Of a stretch of DNA of 33,159 nucleotides, positions 1-7,741 are shown piece by piece; positions within the stretch are counted from its first letter, which is position 1; each line of letters starts with the position of its first letter. Position numbers and translations under genes: made by a program. The notes under the pieces were generated by a model. It was not told where the DNA came from and searched no databases. It worked only from the letters and a program-made list of their open reading frames with translations. This stretch comes from an uncultured Bacteriovoracaceae bacterium (lineage in GTDB: Bacteria > Bdellovibrionota > Bacteriovoracia > Bacteriovoracales > Bacteriovoracaceae). The stretch is from positions 1 through 33,159 of the forward strand of contig CAXGUD010000041.1 of NCBI GenBank assembly GCA_964012805.1, given 5' to 3'.

Positions 1-13
1 AGGATCAATAAAA

Positions 14-850
14 ATGATTGAGATAGGAAAAAAGACGGCCCTTCTAGTGGCAAATGAGACCAAATCAGGCTTTAACCTGCAATCTGATGATGGCGATGAA
101 GTCTTTCTTCCCGGGAGTATGGCCCCAAAAGACCTTACTACCGGCCAATCCATTATCGTTTTTGTCTATACAGATACCCAGGGTAGCAGAATTGCAACAC
201 CAGAAATCCCTTTGGCCGAAGTCGATACCTTTGCCTATTTGAAAGTTAAAGATGTAACGGACTTTGGGGCCTTTTTTGACTGGGGTATTTCAAAAGACCT
301 TCTTGTTCCAGGAAACCAGCAAAAAGTTAAAGTTCAGCTTGGAGAATACCACCTCGTTCGAATCTGCCTTGAGCCGGAAACAAATCGTCTTTACGGAACA
401 ACCAAAATTGGTGCTTATACGGAGACAAGTGACGTTGACCTCAAAGAGAAAGACCTTGTCGAGATCCTTCCGTTTAAAAAAACTAATTTAGGTATAAAAG
501 TTCTGATTGAAGAAAAATATATGGGAATGCTTTATCACAATGAAGTTTTCTCTAAGATTACACTGGGCGCAAAAACAAAGGGCATCATAAAAAAGGTTAG
601 ACCTGATGGTCTTATTGATGTTTCTCTTCAGGCCCAAGGGATGAAAAACCTTAGGGATAGCTCAAAAACGATTTTGGAAGCTCTAGAAAAATATAACGGA
701 ACCCTCCCACTTACTGACAAGAGTGACCCACGGGATATACAATACTTCTTAGGAATGAGTAAACAAACTTTCAAAAGGGCAATTGGAATGCTCTATAGAG
801 AAAAGAAAATCCTACTTAAAAAAGCAAGTATAGACCTGAATAATGCTTGA
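14..850 (+). CDS. cvfB: CvfB-family S1-domain RNA-binding protein
   Basis: 278 aa. Tandem S1 repeats (EVFLP, VFVYTD, FGAFFDWGISKDLLVP, VRPDGLIDVSL) and C-terminal winged helix (DKSDPRDI..LGMSKQTFKRAIGMLYREKKI). AGGA RBS at 1-4. Confidence 0.9.
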   Translation: MIEIGKKTALLVANETKSGFNLQSDDGDEVFLPGSMAPKDLTTGQSIIVFVYTDTQGSRIATPEIPLAEVDTFAYLKVKDVTDFGAFFDWGISKDLLVPGNQQKVKVQLGEYHLVRICLEPETNRLYGTTKIGAYTETSDVDLKEKDLVEILPFKKTNLGIKVLIEEKYMGMLYHNEVFSKITLGAKTKGIIKKVRPDGLIDVSLQAQGMKNLRDSSKTILEALEKYNGTLPLTDKSDPRDIQYFLGMSKQTFKRAIGMLYREKKILLKKASIDLNNA

Positions 851-852
851 TT

Positions 853-1341
853 CTAATAAGCGCTATAAAAAGACTCAATAAGATCTTTGCTAAGACCCTG
901 ATCAGAGAACTCTGGAAGTAGAAAGCATTCTTTGATTCCCTTAACTTTACCGATAACTTTTTTCTTTAAAAGTCCACAAACAGTTCCCTTTAAAAAAATA
1001 AGCTCAAATTGGTTAAATTCCTCTGTCTTTAAAAAGTAAGTCTCTTTTTCTTTTTTTAACCTTGAAGAATTGCCAAAAGCTTTTCCAAAAAGGTCCATAG
1101 TGAAAGCTTCAGCGGAGCTTTCCGCTACAGGCTCAACTTTGCTTTTGTGATGGTCAAGGATCTCCTGCGCAATTTTTTCGTTTTTTGAGGTCACTTCACT
1201 GAAAGTTAGACCATAGGCTTTAATAGTTGTGCCAAAAGGGCAATGAAGGCACTTACTTTTGCAACAGCTCCCTCTTTTTCGATGATAGTGGGAAGTGAAG
1301 ACATGGTCTCCAGATTTATTGACATAACTTAATGAGTTCAT
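853..1341 (-). CDS. Hypothetical protein with N-terminal DUF5522-like Cys-rich motif
   Basis: 162 aa. G.hVFT..YH.KRG.CCxxxCxHCPFG matches the DUF5522 pattern. C-terminal FLLPEFSDQGLSKDLIE resembles GNAT motif A. Confidence 0.65.
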   Translation of the reverse strand: MNSLSYVNKSGDHVFTSHYHRKRGSCCKSKCLHCPFGTTIKAYGLTFSEVTSKNEKIAQEILDHHKSKVEPVAESSAEAFTMDLFGKAFGNSSRLKKEKETYFLKTEEFNQFELIFLKGTVCGLLKKKVIGKVKGIKECFLLPEFSDQGLSKDLIESFYSAY

Positions 1342-1597
1342 AAGGTTTACATACGTTTTTTACTCGCGGCTGTCCAATAATTCATACACCTTCATCAATA
1401 AAACCTATAAGAAATGACCTAAAATAGAGACCTATCAATAAAAAATCTAAGAAATCAAACACGACCTCAATAATCTCAATTGAAAACAGGTATTCAAACT
1501 TATTTCAAAACAAAAGTGTTAGGGACATAACTTACGATACCGGTTAGAATAATAGTGAAAAGTATATTAAATAAAACGAATAATATTGAGGGAAAAA

Positions 1598-3364
1598 ATG
1601 AAAATATACAATCCTCCTATTAAAGAGTTTAAATTCATTCTGGAAGCTATTGGTTATGATGAGCTAAGCTCCATTTCCAAGTACTCAGGTTATGACCTTC
1701 CAACCGTCATAGAACTCCTCAGTGAGGCTGGTAAGTTTTGTGTCAACGAACTCCTCCCCCTAAACCGACTTGGTGATGAAAAGGGAGTCACCTTTGACCC
1801 CAAAACTCATGATGTAAAGCTTCCTGAAGAATTTGTGGCACTTTATCAAAAATATGTGGAAAATGGCTTTGGTGGACTCTCTCAACCTGAAGAATTTGGT
1901 GGTGGTGGAGCTCCCCACCTTTTAGGTCTCTTAATTGGCGAGATGGTCCTTGCTACAAACAAGAGCTTTTCCATGGGACCAGGTCTCACAAAAGACCTTA
2001 TTCTTGCCATCAGGATGAATGGCTCCGACGAACAGAAAACAACTTACCTCCCACCTCTTATTTCAGGAGAAGTCTCCGGAACCATGTGCTTAACAGAACC
2101 TCAAGCAGGCACGGACCTAGGGCTCGTCTCGACAAAAGCCGTTCCCAACCAAGATGGTAAGTCCTACAGCCTAACAGGGACTAAGATCTGGATCACTTTT
2201 GGAGAACATAATTTTACTGAAAATATACTCCATCTGGTCCTCGCTAAACTTCCCGATGCTCCTCCTGGCATTAAAGGAATTAGTGCCTTTTTGGTCCCTA
2301 AAGTTCTTGCCAATGGAGAGAGGAATAAAATCTTTTGCGGAGGAATCGAGCATAAGCTAGGAATCAACGCTTCCCCTACTTGCGTGATGAACTTGGAAGG
2401 GGCCGAGGGTTACTTAATGGGTGAGCCTCACAAAGGTATGCGGACGATGTTTGTCATGATGAACTCTGCCAGGCTCGGAGTTGGACAGGAAGGTGTAGGA
2501 CTCACTGAAATTGCCTATCAAACTGCCTTGGCCTTTTCCAAAGACAGAAAACAGAGCCGTTCTTTAAATCCAGAAAAAGTCGATAAATCATCCTCTGCAG
2601 ACAATATTCTCGTCCACCCTGACGTAAGGCGGATGCTTTTAAATATTAAATCAACAAATGAGGCCATGAGGTGTCTTGTTTTCTATACCGGAAAATTAAT
2701 TAGCGTCTCCCATTCCCATCCTGACGAAAGTAGAAGGGAGGATGCGGAAGACATCATTTCCCTCCTAACTCCTGTCATCAAAAGTTATCTAACAGAAAGA
2801 GGGTTTCTCAATATATCAGAGGCAATGCAAGTTTGTGGGGGGGCCGGTTACACAACGGAATGGAATATCGAGCAGTATTTAAGAGATGAGCGTATTGCTA
2901 TGATTTATGAAGGAACAAATCATATTCAGGCACTCGACCTCGTGGGAAGAAAACTTCCTATGCATGGGGGAAGGCTTGTTCAAAAGTTTCAAAAGGAAAT
3001 TGAAACATTTCTTAAAGAGAATGCTGCAAATCCGGATATGGGTGAATTTCTAGGACCTATTAAAGAGTCCTTTGAAAAGCTTCAAGATGTTACCATGTGG
3101 ATGATGAAAAATGCCATGAGTGACCCTGAGGTGGTTGGTGCCGTATCTTCGAATTACTTAAATGCCTTCGCACTAGCTACACTTAGCTATATGTGGGGGA
3201 TTCAAGTCAAGCATGCTCTGGGGCAAGACTCTAAAGAAGCGAAAGCCAAATTAAAAACAGCACGCTATTTCAATGGCAACATCCTTCCAGAGATCGATTC
3301 CATCATTTCTATTATCAAGAAGGGAAAAAGTAATATGATGGATTTTGATCCAGAAGAATTGTAG
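1598..3364 (+). CDS. Acyl-CoA dehydrogenase (long, about 590-aa DmdC-like family)
   Basis: GTMCLTEPQAGTDLG, LTGTKIWITFGEH, IEHKLGINASPTC, MNSARLGVG, HPDVRRML, IYEGTNHIQALDL. ATG 1598 follows GAGGGA RBS (ORF track starts at TTG 1586). Confidence 0.93.
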   Translation: MKIYNPPIKEFKFILEAIGYDELSSISKYSGYDLPTVIELLSEAGKFCVNELLPLNRLGDEKGVTFDPKTHDVKLPEEFVALYQKYVENGFGGLSQPEEFGGGGAPHLLGLLIGEMVLATNKSFSMGPGLTKDLILAIRMNGSDEQKTTYLPPLISGEVSGTMCLTEPQAGTDLGLVSTKAVPNQDGKSYSLTGTKIWITFGEHNFTENILHLVLAKLPDAPPGIKGISAFLVPKVLANGERNKIFCGGIEHKLGINASPTCVMNLEGAEGYLMGEPHKGMRTMFVMMNSARLGVGQEGVGLTEIAYQTALAFSKDRKQSRSLNPEKVDKSSSADNILVHPDVRRMLLNIKSTNEAMRCLVFYTGKLISVSHSHPDESRREDAEDIISLLTPVIKSYLTERGFLNISEAMQVCGGAGYTTEWNIEQYLRDERIAMIYEGTNHIQALDLVGRKLPMHGGRLVQKFQKEIETFLKENAANPDMGEFLGPIKESFEKLQDVTMWMMKNAMSDPEVVGAVSSNYLNAFALATLSYMWGIQVKHALGQDSKEAKAKLKTARYFNGNILPEIDSIISIIKKGKSNMMDFDPEEL

Positions 3365-3390
3365 CCACCTTATCAAAGGATTGATCAGCT

Positions 3391-3807
3391 GTGGAGTCAC
3401 AACTTTGGGTTCTGTTTGGGAGCTCTTTTATGTCAGCAACCCTCCTACCAGGGTTCTCAGAGGCCAATATCATTTATTTGTCAAAAACGACCTCTCACTC
3501 GCAGGAGGTCCTCGTTTTAGTGGCAACTATTGGAAACTCTTTAGGAGGACTAACTAATTACGTGATTGGAATCTTAGCAGCGAGAGGAGTAAAGCTTAAG
3601 TATTTTGAAAAGGAAAATCTTCAAAAGCCTTTAGAAAAGATAAGAAAATATGGCGCTCTCTCTCTTCTCTTTGCTTGGCTCCCAGTCATTGGAGACCCTC
3701 TCTGCTTAGCTGCAGGGTACTTAAGAGTCAATGCGCTTCTAAGTACCCTCTTTATTACGGTTGGAAAATTGGCCAGGTATGCTCTTCTTGTCTTTGTCTT
3801 TCAGTAA
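3391..3807 (+). CDS. yqaA: YqaA/DedA-family membrane protein
   Basis: SFMSATLLPGFSEA, ATIGNSLGGLTNY, WLPVIGDPLCLAAG, GKLARY. Confidence 0.9.
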   Translation: MESQLWVLFGSSFMSATLLPGFSEANIIYLSKTTSHSQEVLVLVATIGNSLGGLTNYVIGILAARGVKLKYFEKENLQKPLEKIRKYGALSLLFAWLPVIGDPLCLAAGYLRVNALLSTLFITVGKLARYALLVFVFQ

Positions 3808-3845
3808 ATCTGATAAAACGCATACCATTTTTTTAATAGGGAGTT

Positions 3846-4373
3846 TTATTTTGTTGTATTCTTCTTAATGCTTCGATCTTTTCCTTTAGCATCACACCTA
3901 TCTTCGGCTGCCAGACCTAAACGGTAAACGCGGTCATTATTTGGGCCATTGTTATGACCTCTCTCTTTGTGAACAGAAGCTGCATGACCAATTTCGTGGA
4001 GGATAACATCTGTTAATTTACAAAAAGCATTATTTCCGAATTTATTTCTGATTCTATTGTAACAGATAACCACAGCACTATTAAAAACATGCCTCTCCAC
4101 ACCACCTCTATCAGGGTGATTTTTACAAACTGGCTTGTGGTCCATACATTTAATATTAACGTTTTTTACTTTTCTTCTAAGCCGCCTTTTTTCACCATTT
4201 GTAAGATCATTGATATTATTCATAATCTTTTCAATATTGTTATGAAGAAAATTAAGAGATTTTTGAACTTCACTTTTAGACTTCCCCCCACAGTTTTTGA
4301 TTTTTTGAGCTGCAAAACTTTGAGTTGTGAAAAGAGTAAGCAAAAGGGCGGTTATTAGGTAAAAATGCTTCAT
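3846..4373 (-). CDS. Secreted zincin-like (HEXXH) protein
   Basis: Signal peptide ending SFA, ILHEIGH motif, downstream DRVY, six Cys. AGGAG RBS upstream on the minus strand. Confidence 0.65.
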   Translation of the reverse strand: MKHFYLITALLLTLFTTQSFAAQKIKNCGGKSKSEVQKSLNFLHNNIEKIMNNINDLTNGEKRRLRRKVKNVNIKCMDHKPVCKNHPDRGGVERHVFNSAVVICYNRIRNKFGNNAFCKLTDVILHEIGHAASVHKERGHNNGPNNDRVYRLGLAAEDRCDAKGKDRSIKKNTTK

Positions 4374-4542
4374 TAAGGTCTCCTTTTTTTCGCTAAGACG
4401 AAACGTTGATAGTTCTTAATCAAAAAAAAGATAAAAAATCCAATTTAATCGAAGAAAGGCCTTAAAAACCTTTATTTTTTATGCTTTTGGAGTCATCTTG
4501 ACCCTTATTTTCCTGAACTTTTTTTAGATGGAGAATCTTTTA

Positions 4543-5466
4543 ATGAAAAACCTTGCCACCATTCCACACTCTATAACAGAAGAAGTGAGTGAGGCCATCG
4601 AGAAGGGAAAACCTGTTCTGGCCCTAGAATCGACGATCATAACTCACGGTATGCCTTATCCAGACAATGGTGAACTTGCAAGGGAAGTTGAAAATGTTGT
4701 GAGAAAGGAAGGTGTTACACCCGCCACCATTGCTGTTATTGATGGAGTCATTCAAATTGGCCTCGACCCCCTAACGCTGGAAAAGTTGGCACAGTCTGGG
4801 AAACAATCCTATAAAATAAGCCGTAAAGACTTGGGTTATGCCCTTGGAAAAGGGCTTACTGGAGGGACGACAGTTGCAGCGACAACTTTCCTTTCAGGAC
4901 TTTTTGGGATCAAAGTTTTTGCAACTGGCGGAATAGGTGGCGTTCACAGAGGTGTTTCTGAGACCCTAGACATCTCAGCTGACCTCAAGGCGGTCTCGGA
5001 ATCTCCCGTTATCGTAGTTTGCGCTGGGGCCAAGTCTATTTTGGATGTTCCCAAAACACTAGAGGCACTAGAAACATTAAACGTTATGGTAATTGGTTAT
5101 CAAACAAAAACGATGCCTCTTTTTTACCTTTCAAAAGGTGGCCCTAAACTTGACCTAAAAGCAGACTCTCTTAAAGAGCTAATCTCATGCCTTAAATTTC
5201 AAAGAAGCCTTTTTTCCAAAGAGGGAATTGTTGTGGCCAACCCAATTTCTAAAGAACAAGAATTAGACTCTGAGCTTCATCATAAGGCCCTCTCTCAGGG
5301 ACTTAGTGACGCAAAAAGATTGGGAGTTGAAGGAAAAGAATTAACCCCTTTCCTTCTTCAAAAAATGACTGAATTAACCAAGGGAAAATCCCTTCAGTCA
5401 AATAAATCCCTCATCTTAAATAATGCAAAATTAGGCTCAAGGATTGCAAAAGAGTTACTCTCTTGA
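4543..5466 (+). CDS. psuG: Pseudouridine-5'-phosphate glycosidase (PsuG/IndA family)
   Basis: VLALESTIITHGMPYP, GGTTVAAT, VFATGGIGGVHRG, DISADL, CAGAKSILD, GKELTPFLL. ATG 4543 follows GGAG (alternative ATG 4528). Confidence 0.95.
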   Translation: MKNLATIPHSITEEVSEAIEKGKPVLALESTIITHGMPYPDNGELAREVENVVRKEGVTPATIAVIDGVIQIGLDPLTLEKLAQSGKQSYKISRKDLGYALGKGLTGGTTVAATTFLSGLFGIKVFATGGIGGVHRGVSETLDISADLKAVSESPVIVVCAGAKSILDVPKTLEALETLNVMVIGYQTKTMPLFYLSKGGPKLDLKADSLKELISCLKFQRSLFSKEGIVVANPISKEQELDSELHHKALSQGLSDAKRLGVEGKELTPFLLQKMTELTKGKSLQSNKSLILNNAKLGSRIAKELLS

Positions 5467-6174
5467 TTCAAAGTTATGGTAAACAGTAACGACGTCCTCA
5501 TCTTCTTCTAAAAGACCTATAAGCTTATCAAATTGCTTCAGGACTTCTTCGTCATCAGAGTCCTTATAGCTGACTGGTACTCTAATCAAAGCGGCTTCAT
5601 CAGGAGTAACATTAATTTCTTGAAGTTTTTCTTGAATTGTCCCAAAGGAGTCTACAGGGCCGAAGACCTCATATACGTCATCTGCTTTTTCAACTTCCTC
5701 AGCGCCGGCGTCGATTAAATTAAGAGTTAAGTCATCCTCATCAACACCTTCTGCTGGAATATAGAACCTGGCCTTTCGTTCGAAAATAAACTCTAGGGAT
5801 CCAGAAACTCCCAAAGAGCCTTTACATTTATTAAAATAGCTTCTTACGTTTCCAACTGTCCTTGTACCATTATTAGAAGATGCTTCTACAAAAACAGCTA
5901 TTCCACCAAGCCCATAACCTTCATAATTCACATCTTCATAGCCAACACCATCAGAGCCCTGACCTTTTTTGATGGCCTTTTCAATATTATCTTTGGGTAC
6001 GTTTAATTTTTTGCATCGTTCTACAGCAACTTTGAGAAGAAAATTGGTGCCCGGATCACCACTACCACTTTTCGAAGCAATAAAAACGTCTTTTAACGCT
6101 CGCGTAAAAACCTGTCCTCTCGCTTTATCTGCCGCGCCCTTTCTTGTTGCGATTTTTGCTGATTTACGCCCCAT
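5455..6174 (-). CDS. yebC: YebC/PmpR family protein
   Basis: KGAADKARG.VFTR, NVPKDNIEKAIKKG, YEGYGLGG.AV.VE, LEEDEDVVTVYHN. AAGGAG RBS. Confidence 0.95.
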   Translation of the reverse strand: MGRKSAKIATRKGAADKARGQVFTRALKDVFIASKSGSGDPGTNFLLKVAVERCKKLNVPKDNIEKAIKKGQGSDGVGYEDVNYEGYGLGGIAVFVEASSNNGTRTVGNVRSYFNKCKGSLGVSGSLEFIFERKARFYIPAEGVDEDDLTLNLIDAGAEEVEKADDVYEVFGPVDSFGTIQEKLQEINVTPDEAALIRVPVSYKDSDDEEVLKQFDKLIGLLEEDEDVVTVYHNFESRE

Positions 6175-6386
6175 ACCAAGTACTCCTTTGTCGAAAAAAT
6201 AGAAATTCTCTTTGTTGTGCCATCATTTTTCATTAACAGACAACTCTATACTAAAAATCTACGAGATTTCCCAATACATTTTCATAAAAGCAAAGCAATA
6301 ACAATCAGTATTAGAGTTCGGAAACATTCTAAAATAGATCTATATTGAATGGATTAAAATAAATTGGCGATGAGTTTAAAAATGAA

Positions 6387-7480
6387 CTAACCCTTGGAGA
6401 CCTTATGGAGGTCATCAAAAATGGAAAGCCCCTTTGGGCCCAGTAATTGCTTTTTTATTTCATCATAAACAGGGTTTTGGTGACCAAAAGCTTTAGCTAA
6501 GCTCTCCCTTTCAGCCGATGTTGGAGTGTAAATTTTTGTGCCCAGTTTTTCAAACTCTTTTACACAATAGCTTCTAGAGTTTTTATAGTGCTCGTATTGC
6601 TCTATCTGTATTTCTTCAAAGGCCATTAAAATCTGCGCTCTTGTTATTTGATCAAGTTCATCTATAAATTTTTGATTCCCGATGGCCACCCATCCATCGT
6701 GGACTGACTCTATTTCAGAGATAACACCAATTTCTTTTTTTAAATTATCAGGACCAGCAAATAAACCTATAATGGCCGGATCTAAAGCCTGATACCTACC
6801 GGCCCTCGCTGTCCTAGCGCATAATTTCCAGGCTATTTTTACTGGATTAGCTTTAGTCAGTTTATAGAATATTGCCAAAGTCTTAGATCCAGGTATTCGA
6901 AAATCTACATTCAAGAAATCTTCCGGAGATTTTATGACTTTTCCAAATTTTTTTGTTGAAGAAGCAGTTCTCGCACCCACAACATAGGGGAAAAGAACTT
7001 TTATATTGTACTTTGACATTTTGGATAATACATACCGATCCCATAAACTTGAATTAAAAAGTCTTAAGTAATCATTATCGTTTGATGACCAAAATGGGAT
7101 ATTGAGAACATCCAATTCTTTAACCATAGTTGATAGATTTGAAACGGATAAGAGGGCCCCTTGAACCTGGCCAAACCTGACCTTATTCGAAAGTACAGAG
7201 CCAATCCCTTTAGACCCCCATCAAAAATATTGACGTATACTTTTCCTTTTGTATGTTTTTCAATCAGCTTTTTTATCTCCCGGTGTGAGTGCGGAGTTGC
7301 TACATGACTGTTGGTAAAATAAGGGGAGACAAAATTAAAAATATATTTTGCTTTCTTTTTTTTAAGGGCTTCTTCTTTACTATTAAGGCTTTCTCCCAAG
7401 ACAGTTATTGGATTTAATAATTGGCTTGATATTCCCAAAGACAAAAATGCTGACCTTGCAATAAAATCTCTTCTTTTCAC
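6387..7480 (-). pseudogene. dctP: TRAP-type substrate-binding protein DctP with Tat-like signal, split by one frameshift (real lesion or sequencing error)
   Basis: N-part KRRDFI...IEKHTKGKVYVNIFDGG. Adding one base in the C5 run at 7215-7219 reads DGGSKGIGSVLSNKVRFGQVQGALLSVSNLSTMVKELDVLNIPFW into ORF 6387..7127 (IKSPEDF, FRIPGS, GTKIYTPT). Start GTG 7480 or TTG 7501. Confidence 0.8.
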
Positions 7481-7741
7481 TTCACTTAAAACTTTTATCA
7501 AAATTAATATTATAAAATTAAAGCTTGCTAAACCATTTATATAATTTCTCTTTTTGAATTAAAGGTAAATGACTAATGTAAAAATATTACTTTAAATATA
7601 AAAAATAAAAATCACTCCCGAATATAAAAACAATAATTGGACTTCTCAACTCCACAATAATTTTGATAAAAAAGGTTTTTTATAGGCTTTTTCCTAGTTA
7701 ATATTTTTCATATTTAACCTAAATTTACCGAATAATATCTT

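Noticed and set aside
1598..3364. Calling the acyl-CoA dehydrogenase dmdC (DMSP catabolism)
   Set aside because: Family resemblance only. No dmdA, dmdB or dmdD nearby, and substrate cannot be read from motifs.
6205..6225. TGGCAC on the minus strand upstream of yebC as a sigma54 promoter
   Set aside because: No TTGC -12 element at the required spacing.
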